Shown piece by piece: positions 24,581 to 35,906 of a stretch of DNA of 64,000 nucleotides. This DNA is from Macrostomum hystrix. Lineage: Eukaryota > Animalia > Platyhelminthes. Below the pieces are notes generated by a model. That model made no database searches. It was not told where the DNA came from and saw only the letters and a program-made list of their open reading frames with translations. The position numbers and the translations under genes are program-made. The stretch is from the NCBI GenBank assembly GCA_950097015.1, contig CATNEN010000038.1, positions 21,390,001 to 21,454,000 of the forward strand. The letters are read 5' to 3'. Positions within the stretch are counted from its first letter, which is position 1. Every line of letters starts with the position of its first letter.

Positions 24581-27373
24581 ATGGATCCAATTACTGCTCA
24601 TAATGCACTGGCTCTGGATCTTTATAAAGCCTACTCTCAGGCTAATGCAGGTAAAAAATTCATTTGCATGTGTTTAAAACTCTCTAGATTTGGATCTTCA
24701 TCCTAACATTGAAATCCTCACCCTGACATTGAAATCCTCACCCTGACATTGAAATCCTCACCCTGACATTGAAATCCCCATCCTGTTATTTAAAATCCTC
24801 ATCTTGACATTAAAATCCTCATCTTGACATTAAAATCCTCATCTTGACATTGAAATCCCCATCCTGATATTGAAATCCTCATCCTAATATTAAAAATCCT
24901 CATCCTGATATTTTTAATAATCCTCTTCCTGACAGAGAAATCATGCCTGAATCCTCATGATTTTGTACCCTATGTATTTATTATTATTTGACCCTTAATT
25001 CCATTACCCATACTAAGGCAAGAGCTTCCTATTTTCACCTGTCTCGATCTTCGCCGCGCTAAGCATGGTCCTGCCGGGCGCCCAGAAGGAGACTCTGCAG
25101 CAGCTGCTGTCCGCCATGCACCTGATTCGCGATTCTGGCCAGCCGCCGCTGAGTCCGGCAGTGCTCAACCAGCTGGAGTCGGCGCTGGGCAGGATGCTGG
25201 CCGCCGCTGCTCCGGCTGGCGATGGCGGCGGCGAGTCCGGCCTCCTGTCCGCCAACCGGGCCTTCATTGAGGCCGGGATGGAGGTGCGGCCGGCTTTCCT
25301 GGCTGCGCTGAAAGACCATTTCAAATCCGAGACTTCCAGTGTAGGTCTTTCTGGCTTATTCACTTTACCCGACTTAAAAATGCTTTGCAAAGATTGTAAA
25401 ATAATCGGAGTAGTAGTCTAGTGTTCAGAGCGTCCAACTTACGAACTGAAGGTCGTGGGTTCGATTCCTGACACCGGAGAAACAATAATGTGTAGCTTAG
25501 CAAGATACTTAACTCTGCATTGCTCCAGTTCACCCTGCTGTTTAAATGCTTTGTTTTAGTTTTAGTAATTTATGGTGGGTGTGGCGTCCCCCCAGTCCAT
25601 GGACTGGGCAGCCGTACTCAGCCTTCAGATGGCGGCTATTATTGTTCTTATTATTACTTTCAATATGCTTATTTAGCTTCCTTGTGTTTTCTCAAAACCA
25701 ACAGGCCTCCTTTAGCAAGGATCCTGAAGCGGAGCGCGTCCGCATCAACAAGTGGGTAGCAACGGTTACTAAGGACAAGATCAGCGACTTGTTGAAACCG
25801 GGCTCTGTAGATCCACTAACCCGTTTGGTACTAGTGAACGCTCTGTACTTTAAAGGTAACCAAAATGCGATAGTGTTCTGTGATTGTCATGTAGAATTTA
25901 GAGAGCAAATAACTCGTCAAGGTGTCTGGTGGCAAGAATAACAAAAAAGCACATTTTGTCCATTGTTAACTATTTTGGATTGATTAAGTTGTTAATTGTT
26001 AAAGCGATCGTGAATTAGACAGTGGGTCTTTGAGATACCCCTGCGTCTTTACCCAGAAAGAAACCAAAATTCTCCCGCAGCCAAATGGAGCGTCCCATTC
26101 GATCCTCATTCGACATTCGAGGCGCCATTCGAATTAAACGCTTCAACAGATCCAATCCAGGTGCCAATGATGCACCGCACAGCTAACTGGCCAATAGTGT
26201 ACATTGCCGAGTTGCTAACCGGTGTTAGATTCGACTTTGAAGCAGATCAAAGCGGCCAGCGATTGTCACTGCTAGCCGTGCTGCCGGCTGAGAGGCACGG
26301 CTTGGACGCCCTGCTGGCCGGCATGTCCGAGCCGGACTGGCTGCGTTTGATTAACGATCCGGGCGAATCCGGCAAAGCCCAGGTCGCCCTGCCCAAGGTT
26401 TGGCGAATTCCTGTTTTTCTTCTAGTTGTAATTAGTCTGTGGTTGTAGCCTTGTAGGCGGCAGAGCGGTCTTACGCGTGTGCCTCTCGCACCAAGGTCCC
26501 TGAGTTCGATTCCGCGGCGAGGCCACATTCTTTGGGTGCTTGTCGTGTAATTGACGCCCTTGAGTGCCAACCTCCAAGGCACAGTGAGAGTGTACACTGC
26601 CTGATGATGAGAAAGTCTGGGCAGATGTACACACCTGTGTGCGTGTGTGGGCAGAATCATTGAAAGATGTTGCAAATATTAGTATTTTGTTTTTGTAACA
26701 GTTTCTGCTCACAAAATTTCATCATTTAACCATGTCGACTGTCGTTTTTGACTATTTTCTATTGATTAAATTGTTAATTTCTTCATTATTGAACCAATAT
26801 GGATTTGCCATAGAAATATAGTTTTAATTCGTCTAGTATATACTTTTTAGCAGCTGTATTTTCAGCTTTTTTAAGCTACATTGATCCCCCAGTTGACAAT
26901 GATCCCCCAGTTGATGATGATCCCCCAGTTGAAAGGCAGTGGGTATTTAAAATAGACTCCAGGGGCAAAATAGCGTGCTCTTTCTACTACTGTTAATGAT
27001 TTGGACACAATTTTCATTCTAGATCAAGCTGTCGAATTTCGCCGAGCTGTCCGAGGGTGCCTATCTGCCTCACCTAGGCTTTGCCAATTTGTTTAGCAAG
27101 GACGCCGATCTAAGCGGCATAGCTTCAATTCCCGGCGATCTGTACGTTAGCAGCTTCGCTCATCAGGCGGCGCTAGAATGGGACGAATTCGGGGCTGAAG
27201 GCGCAGCCGCTTCGGCCGCGGCTATCAACACCAGGATGGCGCCGCCTAGGATCGCGTTCGATCAGCCGTTCGTTTTAATTGTTTCTAAGGAGATACCGGC
27301 CGCCGCCAATGATGTAGGCCCGCCTAGCCGAGTGCCGATTTTCATCGGCCGCGTGTCGGATCCCAGGGGATAA
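24581..27373 (+). CDS. Serpin paralog 2, 5 exons, no signal peptide, predicted P1-P1' Arg-Met
   Basis: Exons 24581-24650, 25018-25340, 25705-25855, 26081-26397, 27023-27373 have the same intron positions and phases as paralog 1. [57 protein letters not shown]. Confidence 0.93.
24695..24912. repeat. 20-bp minisatellite (tgacattgaaatcctcaccc) in serpin-2 intron 1
   Basis: Direct inspection. Confidence 0.9.
25406..25548 (+). mobile_element. tRNA-derived SINE with CORE-like central domain (family B) in serpin-2 intron 2
   Basis: A-box-like tagtctagtg, B-box ggttcgattcc, then gcaagatacttaactct…ctgctgtttaaatg, which resembles the CORE-SINE domain (ggcaagttacttaacctct…ctgtaaaatg). Confidence 0.6.
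26455..26650 (+). mobile_element. tRNA-derived SINE family A, 3'-truncated, in serpin-2 intron 4
   Basis: ggcggcagagcggtcttacgcgtgtgcctctcgcaccaaggtccctgagttcgattccgcgg head plus partial body. Confidence 0.87.
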
Positions 27374-27384
27374 ATTGGTTGCTG

Positions 27385-27830
27385 GGTAGCTGGAGGGGTC
27401 AGACCCCCCTTGAGGGATCTAGGGGTCAGTGACCTCCCCATGGGATCTAGACTAGTTACAGGGAGTCAGTGACCTCCCCTAAGGAATCTAGACTAGTTAC
27501 TGGGAGTCAGTGACCTCCCCTAAGGGATCTAGACTAGTTACTGGGGGTCAGTGACCTCCCCTAAGGGATCTAGACTAGTTACTGGGGGTCAGTGACCTCC
27601 CCTAAGGGATCTAGACTAGTTACTGGGAGTCAGTGACCTCCTTAAGGTATCTAGACTAGTTACTGGGGGTCAGTGACCTCCCCAAGGGATCTAGACTAGT
27701 TACTGCGTAGCTGGATGGGGTCAGATCCCTTCCTAAGAGATCTAGACTTGTTACTGGGCCAGTGACAGTGACCTCCCCAAAGGATCTAGACTACTTGCTG
27801 GATAGCTATAGGGGGGTCAGACCCCACTCA
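27385..27830. repeat. 41-bp minisatellite with an internal hairpin, directly 3' of the serpin-2 stop
   Basis: Unit gggatctagactagttactgggggtcagtgacctcccctaa. Confidence 0.92.
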
Positions 27831-28539
27831 AATATTCTAGAAAAGTTACTAGATTTCTTAGATTTTAATAAGATGGGGTGATTAGCTAGACGACTAGTGT
27901 TTTTGGCATGTACAAACTAAAACTATAATATATTTTTATCAGTGCAGAAAGGCTCAATTGTTTTCAACATTTTTTGATTTTTTAATGAGCGAGTCTTTTT
28001 TCGATTTGACCGCAAATTGAATCAGTCCTAAACTGGCGTGCCTGCTTTGAGTAGTCTAGAAAGCCTTGTTTTCGCTTCCTAAGTTGTCGTATATATGCGT
28101 CATTCTACCTATATCTGTAGCAATTATAGTCTCTGTTGTGTCATTTTTTAGTATATATACATTTAGTTAAAATATTATTCTATTAGTATATTGGATTTAT
28201 AATTTGTTCATCGACATTAAACAATGATTTTGTTTCTGCAAATTTGTTGGCATAAATTGCCACTTTTTTGTTTGGCTATTCTGATTCTTAATTTTGACAA
28301 TAAACTTTACGCGGCATCTGCTTCAACCTTAGTCAAGTGCGTTTTCCTTGCTAATTATATTTTCTTAATTTTCACACCTTAAACCTAACGGTAAGCTTCT
28401 CTAGTCTTGCTTTTTTGCTGTTCGATTTTTCATCTTACTAAAAGATTAGTAATAAGTTATTTTTACCCTTTCAATGACCAATCGCACTAGAATTAAAATA
28501 TTAAAATCTAGAATCACATAAAATAGCCAACAGTTACGA

Positions 28540-29510
28540 TAATGACGATTTAAGATGACCGATCTTGGAAAATAACTGTTCAAAATGACAGGACTTTTGA
28601 CAATATCCATCTAAAACTTGAGACTCTTGGACAATGACCAAATAATGACCATGTCCGGTAGAATGACCATTTTAAATGACCGGATGTGAGAGAAGGACCA
28701 TCTAAGTGACCGAATTTCGAACAATGACAAATAAAATGATACGTCCGATAAAAAGTGACCATTTAGAATGACCGAATCTTTGATAATGACCATCTAAAAT
28801 GATTGAATCTTGGACAATGACCATCTTAAATGACCGGATCTTGGACAATGACCATATAAAATGACCGAATCTTAGACAATAACCATCTAAAATGACCTAA
28901 TATTAGACAATGACCATCTAAAATGACCAAATCTTAGACAATGACCATCTTAAATGACCGGATCTTGGACAATGACCATCTAAAATGACTAAATCTTGGA
29001 CAATGACCATCTAAAATGACTAAATCTTGGACAATGACCATCTAAAATGACTAAATCTTGGACAATGACCATCTGACCGGATCTTGGACAATGACCATCT
29101 AAAAGGACCAAATCTTAGACAATGACCATCTAAAATGACCGAATCTTGGACAATGACCAAGCAAAATGACCGGATCTTGGACAATGACCATCCAAAATGA
29201 CCGAATCTTCGACAATAACCATCCAAAATGATCGGATCTTAGAGAATAACCATCTAAAATGACCGAATATTAGACAATGACCATCTAAAATGACCAAATC
29301 TTGGACAATGACCATCTTAAATGACCGGATCTTAGAGAATAACCATCTAAAATGACCGAATATTAGACAATGACCATCTAAAATGACCAAATCTTGGACA
29401 ATGACCATCTGACCGGATCTTGGACAATGACCATCCAAAATGACCGAATCTTTGACAATGACCATCTAAAATGACCGAATCTTTGACAACGACCATCCAA
29501 CGACCATCCA
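28540..29510. repeat. ~31-bp degenerate minisatellite (aatgaccatctaaaatgaccgaatcttggac)
   Basis: Direct inspection; unit built from two atgacc sub-repeats. Confidence 0.93.
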
Positions 29511-30101
29511 ACTAAAAGGAGTGGATTGTGGAAAATCGCAATCAATAATGAAATAAATAGCCGCTTTAGCTTGAATGCATCAAAGACAATTGCGGGTCGT
29601 GGCAGACAGTGATTGCCTCATTATTCATCTTCGGTTATTCCGGCAGACGTTGGCGACATTTTCTTATTTATACGCATGCTATGAGTTTAATTCTCATCGG
29701 TCCAATGAAATAGTCAATGAGATAAGCATTAATTTTTAATAAAAATCGTTTGATCATGAACAGATGTGCAGATGACATTTTGCATGGGGTTGGTGAGTGA
29801 GGCACATATCCTGAAGAGGATAATCACAATTGGATTGCATCCCAATGCTTATCACACTGACGCAGGCATTGCTATCAGCAGATATCGGCGGCATGGGTAC
29901 AAGGAAATTTCTGTGATGCCATTTTTGTTGTATTAGACGCCCTGCTTGAGACACCATTAGTCATGAGCACACTAAGAACGGAAATAATTAGGGAATTGAT
30001 TAGTTTGAGTTGGGATGCCATATTAGATTTTTTAATATCCGTGATATGTGTATGAACTTTTGATCATGATTTTAGCATACAGGACAAAACTTCGCTGTCG
30101 T

Positions 30102-32006
30102 ATGGGCAACAAGAAATCCGGTAGACTTATGATTGCAGACCTGTTATAGACTGTGGATGAACCTGTTCGACTAATTATTGACCTGTTCGACTGATGATTG
30201 ACCTGTTAGACTAATGATTGACCTGTTCGACTGATGATTGACCTGTTAGACTAATGATTGACCTGTTAGACTAATTATTGACTTGTTAGACAATACATTG
30301 ACTTGTTAGACAATACATTGACCTGTTAGACAATTCATTGACCTGTTAGACAATTCATTGACCTGTTAGACAATTCATTGACTTGTTAGACAATACATTG
30401 ACATGTTAGACAATTCATTGACCTGTTAGACAATTCATTGACAAGTTAGACAATTCATTGACTTGTTAGACAATACATTGGCATGTTAGACAATTCATTG
30501 ACCTGTTAGACAATTCATTGACAAGTTAGACAATTCATTGACTTGTTAGACAATACATTGGCATGTTAGACAATTCATTGACTTGTTAGACAATACATTG
30601 GCATGTTAGACAATTCATTGACTTGTTAGACAATACATTGGCATGTTAGACAATTCATTGACCTGTTAGACAATTCATTGACCTGTTAGACAATTCATTG
30701 ACGTGCTAGACAATTCATTGACATGTTAGACAATTCATTTACATGTTAGACTAATGATGACATGTTAGACTAATGATGACATGTTAGACTAATGATGACA
30801 TGTTAGACTAATGATGACATGTTAGACAATTCATTGACATTTTAGACAATTCATTGACCTGTTAGACTAATGATGACATGTTAGACTAATGATGACATGT
30901 TAGACAATTCATTGACATTTTAGACAATTCATTTACATGTTAGACTAATGATTACATGTTAGACTAATGATGACATGTTAGACAATTCATTGACATTTTA
31001 GACAATTCATTTACATGTTAGACTAATGATTACATGTTAGACTAATGATGACATGTTAGACTAATGATGACATGTTAGACTAATGATGACATGTTAGACA
31101 ATTCATTGACATTTTAGACAATTCATTGACCTGTTAGACTAATGATGACATGTTAGACAATTCATTGACCTGTTAGACAATTCATTGACCTGTTAGACTA
31201 ATGATGACCTGTTAGACAATTCATTGACGTGCTAGACAATTCATTGACATGTTAGACAATTCATTTAAATGTTAGACTAATGATTACATGTTAGACTAAT
31301 GATGACATGTTAGACTAATGATGACATGTTAGACAATTCATTGACATTTTAGACAATTCATTGACCTGTTAGACTAATGATGACATGTTAGACAATTCAT
31401 TGACCTGTTAGACAATTCATTGACCTGTTAGACTAATGATGACATGTTAGACAATTCATTGACCTGTTAGACAATTCATTGACCTGTTAGACTAATGATG
31501 ACATGTTAGACAATTCATTGACATGTTAGAAAATTCATTGACCTTTTAGACAAAAAATGGCAAAGCTTACAAAAAACATATGCAGTCCCTCATTCTATCA
31601 TTATCTCGAAATCGATTTACTTCTTAACACTAAATGCCAAGAATGATTACGATTGGTTGAGATCGTCACTGGAAGTTTCGTTTACTGAAACCAGCCAATC
31701 CTTGATAAGTGACAGCAATCTGCACATTTATTCTATTGAAGATGATAATTGTGCTGCAAATCGAGATCACTAACTGACTAATCTTCAACCGTCGTGATGG
31801 ACAACGAAGCTAAAAAAAGTCAGACACCGAGTATACTAGTGACTCAAACGAAGGAGAACCAGAATGTTGCCACTGTTGACGACAACATCGACCTGGAGGT
31901 CGACGCTGTAGCCTCGGTGGATCGACAAGCTGTTAACCTCTTTGTCCGTGGCATTGTGGAACAGGCGCAGGCTATTTGTCTGTCTAACAGTCAACTGAAG
32001 GACTGA
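30102..32006 (+). CDS. Candidate 71-aa N-myristoylated small AKAP-like protein (2 exons)
   Basis: Exon 30102-30120 (MGNKKS+G, donor gtagac) joins in phase to 31810-32006 (first AG after branch-like ctaac/ctgac at 31770-31778). C-terminal helix AVNLFVRGIVEQAQA. Unspliced alternative: ATG 31797 (69 aa). Confidence 0.5.
30135..31552. repeat. 19/20-bp minisatellite (gacctgttagacaattcatt / gacatgttagactaatgat)
   Basis: Direct inspection; fills the predicted intron of the AKAP-like gene. Confidence 0.96.
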
Positions 32007-33120
32007 GGGCAGGCTACTGAAGGACTGAGGGCAGGCTACTGAAGGACTGAGGGCAGGCTACTGAAGGACTGAGGGCAGGCTACTGAAGGACTGAGGGCAG
32101 CTTACTGAAGGACTGAGGGCAGGCTACTGAAGGACTGAGGGCAGGCTACTGAAGGACTGAGGGCAGCTTACTGAGGACTGAGGGCAGGCTACTGAAGGAC
32201 TGAGGGCAGGCTACTGAAGGACTGAGGGCAGGCTACTGAAAGAATGAGGTGGAGGGTTGATTTCTGAAGGACTGAGGTGGAGAGTTGATTACTGAATGGA
32301 CTGAGGTGGAGAGTTGATTACTGAAGGACTGAGGTGGAGAGTTGATTTCTGAAGGACTGAGGTGGAGAGTTGATTACTGAATGGACTGAGGTGGAGAGTT
32401 GAAAACTGAAGGACTGAGGTGGAGAGTTGATTACTGAAGGACTGAGGTGGAGAGTTGATTTCTGAAGGACTGAGATGGAGAGTTGATTACTGAAGGACTG
32501 AGGTGGAGAGTTGATTACTGAAGGACTGAGGTGGAGAGTTGATTTCTGAAGGACTGAGGTGGAGAGTTGATTACTGAAGGACTGAGGTGGAGAGTTGATT
32601 TCTGAAGGACTGAGGTGGAGAGTTGATTACTGAAGGACTGAGGTGGAGAGTTGATTACTGAAGGACTGAGGTGGAGAGTTGATTTCTGAAGGACTGAGGT
32701 GGAGAGTTGATTACTGAAGGACTGAGGTGGAGGGTTGATTTCTGAAGGACTGAGGTGGAGAGTTGATTACTGAAGGACTGAGGTGGAGAGTTGATTACTG
32801 AAGGACTGAGGTGGAGAGTTGATTTCTGAAGGACTGAGGTGGAGAGTTGATTACTGAATGGACTGAGGTGGAGGGTTGATTTCTGAAGGACTGAGGTGGA
32901 GAGTTGATTTCTGAAGGACTGAGGTGGAGAGTTGATTTCTGAAGGACTGAGGTGGAGAGTTGATTACTGAAGGACTGAGGTGGAGAGTTGATTACTGAAG
33001 GACTGAGGTGGAGAGTTGATTACTGAAGGACTGAGGTGGAGAGTTGATTACTGAAGGACTGATGTGGAGAGTTGATTTCTGAAGGACTGAGGTGGAGAGT
33101 TGATTACTGAAGGACTGAGG
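31994..33120. repeat. Two abutting minisatellites: 22 bp (actgaaggactgagggcaggct) then 28 bp (ctgaaggactgaggtggagagttgatta)
   Basis: Direct inspection; both share ctgaaggactgagg; the switch is near 32240. Confidence 0.96.
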
Positions 33121-33325
33121 TGTATTATAACACATGTTTTTGTAATTTCATGACACGTTGTCAAAGCTTTTTTGTGCTTAGAAATTCGTGTAAATTTGTG
33201 GTACATGAAAGTACGTGAAAGTCTGACGCCAAAGAAAGTAAATGGACTTCTCTTTTACGATGGCTGTCATTTTTCATTTCTCAGATTTGGTTATTTTTTG
33301 TCAAGTGTCAAAAAAGAAAGTTGTT

Positions 33326-34433
33326 TTAAAAAATTAATGAATTTAACGTCCAGGCACCAACAGCCTTGATTCTATTTAGAGTGAGTTCATTATTTAATAT
33401 TACACTTTCTCACTACTCCTAGTACAGCTAAGACACGTACTGTACGCCGGAAGCCTTAGAACTTGAACTGGGATAAAAACGATAAAGAATAATTTAAAAT
33501 CTGTCATTAAAAAAGCTTACTTTCTTAAAGCAATAGTGTGAGCTTGGAGAGTGATTTTACTAAAGTACTATAGGAGGCATATTGAATTTATAGCACAGCA
33601 TAAAACGGTCTCTAAGGCTTGTGTCATCTACGTATCCTTGATAAGAGTCTATAACTACAAGTCCCTGTTGAGGGTCTTACATAGAAGTCTAGATTCTATT
33701 ACATTATCTAGAAATCTATGGTCTAGATCTACATGTCCCTGTTGATGGTCTAGATCAACATGTCCCTGTTGATGGTCTAGATCTACATGTCCCTGTTGAT
33801 GGTCTAGATCTACATGTCCCTGTTGATGGTCTAGATCTACATGTCCCTGTTGATGGTCTAGATCTACATGTCCCTGTTGATGGTCTAGATCTACATGTCC
33901 CTGTTGATGGTCTAGATCTACATGTCCCTGTTGATGGTCTAGATCTACATGTCCCTGTTGATGGTCTAGATCTACATGTCCCTGTTGATGGTCTAGATCT
34001 ACATGTCCCTGTTGAAGGTCTAGATCTACATGTCCCTGTTGATGGTCTAGATCTACATGTCCCTGTTGATGGTCTAGATCTACATGTCCCTGTTGATGGT
34101 CTAGATCTACATGTCCCTGTTGATGGTCTAGATCTACATGTCCCTGTTGATGGTCTAGATCTACATGTCCATGTTGATGGTCTAGATCTACATGTCCCTG
34201 TTGATGGTCAAGATCTACATGTCCCTGTTGATGGTCTAGATCTACATGTCCCTGTTGATGGTCTAGATCTACATGTCCCTGTTGAGGGTCTAGATCTACA
34301 TGTCCCTGTTGATGGTCTAGTCTAGATCTACATGTCCCTGTTGATGGTCTAGATCTATATGTCCCTGTTGAGGGCCTATTTATAATTGTACCTCTCTACA
34401 GAGTTTCATGATGTCAGAGTACTTTGGTGGCAT
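33326..34433 (-). CDS. Tentative micro-exon gene; 53-aa product resembles a VDAC/porin N-terminus
   Basis: Exons 34433-34392, 33567-33521, 33467-33441, 33371-33326 (GT-AG, in phase) give MPPKYSDIMKLCREYFSKITLQAHTIALRNSSSKASGVQIKAVGAWTLNSLIF. The rest of a barrel could not be traced. Confidence 0.25.
33715..34375. repeat. 27-bp minisatellite (gtctagatctacatgtccctgttgatg)
   Basis: Direct inspection; overlapping palindromes TCTAGA, AGATCT, ACATGT in each unit. Confidence 0.96.
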
Positions 34434-34879
34434 TGTCTTTCTACTATATCTGCTCTGCTAGTGAATTCTAAGAATACATCAAAGCAAACAGAGAAACATC
34501 AGCACAATTTAGTATCAAAGGATCACTGTCCTGCTTTCCAGAGTCACCTGACAGAACTTAAATGATTGAGATTGCATGAAAAGTACATTGAAAAAGGCTT
34601 TTACGTCAAGGAAAAGGGAGTCTAAAAATCCCTCATAGAAATCACTCGACCCGGTAAGGCATAAGGGCAAAACTAGTTGGTGTACTTTTATAACTAGATA
34701 TGACTCTTCTAACAGTATTTTTTCCTGATGATACTATCGCCTGTCGCCTGTTATCGCATCAAATTTTCATGCGCTCCCTAACAGACCTGCCTAACAGGTC
34801 GATAAACTGTTAGATCAGTTTTAATATTTTCACATGAAATCTTACCTGTTTGGCATGGCCTAAACTATGAATACTTGAC

Positions 34880-35300
34880 TGGGTCGTACCTGTTAGACAT
34901 TGTCCTACCTGTTAGACAGGGTCCTACCTGTTGAACAGGGTCCTACCTGTTGAACAGGGTCCTACCTGTTGAACAGGGTCCTACCTGTTAGACAGGGTCC
35001 TACCTGTTAGACAGGGTCCTACCTGTTAGACAGGGTCCTACCTGTTGAACAGGGTCCTACCTGTTGAACAGGGTCCTACCTGTTAGACAGGGTCCTACCT
35101 GTTAGACAGGGTCCTACCTGTTAGACAGGGTCCTACCTGTTAGACAGGGTCCTACCTGTTAGACATTGTCCTGCCTGTTAGACAGGGTCCTACCTGTTAG
35201 ACAGACGCTAGCCTATTAGACATGGACTTACCTGTTAGAGATGCTCTAACCTGTTAGACTGGTTTAAATCTGTTTTAAAGGATTTAACCTGCTAGACAAC
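34880..35300. repeat. 19-bp minisatellite (acctgttagacagggtcct)
   Basis: Direct inspection. Confidence 0.94.
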
Positions 35301-35582
35301 GGCCATACTGTTGTTAGAAATTGTCCCTTAAGACGGGGAGGTATAGTTAAAAGCACATGTTGAAAGACGGTGAGTTAAAATTTATGCACTTCCTACTATA
35401 AGTAGGAGACAAAGCAAACTGTTTAAAAATAATTATAAAAATTCATTTATCCGAACTAGTCTATGGCACTATTACATTTTCCTAATACGAGATAATTACT
35501 TTTAAATTGATTCAGAGACTACGCTGTTTCTTTTAAGTAGATTTTGAGCGACTTGCTTTTAGCTTGGTTAACAAACAAAATA

Positions 35583-35906
35583 ATGAAGTTGCCACTCGTT
35601 TTTATTTGTTTGCTCGTCATCACGGGTAAGTAAACTAAAGGCCAGGTCATATATATTTCTAGTCCGCACTGTGCGTTTTGTAGTAAAAAAGCTAATATTT
35701 GTTTATAAAAGGCTTGAAACTAGGTTCAAATTTTTTCAACTTGTGCAGGCCAAACGGAGCCCTGTATTCACAACCGCTGCAAAGCGACGGGCACGGTATG
35801 CTCACCAATGAACTCAAGGGAAGCGTGCTGCAGCGAGATTTGCTCCATGGTAAAAATATATCATAATAAACATAAAGAAATAATTAAGGTTTATCGATGC
35901 GTGTAA
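35583..35906 (+). CDS. Secreted cysteine-rich peptide with inhibitor-cystine-knot framework C-C-CC-C-C (66 aa, 2 exons)
   Basis: Exon 35583-35625 (signal peptide, donor gtaagt, phase 1) plus exon 35749-35906 (acceptor ttttcaacttgtgcag): MKLPLVFICLLVITGQTEPCIHNRCKATGTVCSPMNSREACCSEICSMVKIYHNKHKEIIKVYRCV*. Confidence 0.75.

Noticed and set aside
25406-25478. tRNA gene
   Set aside because: Acceptor and anticodon stems pair poorly and the sequence continues into a SINE body; the same applies at 59405-59487 and 61544-61615.
26590-26632. Hammerhead-like CTGATGA…GAAA…GTC inside the SINE stem-loop
   Set aside because: No stem II or stem III can form (3 nt and 1 nt available), and the core is not conserved in all copies.
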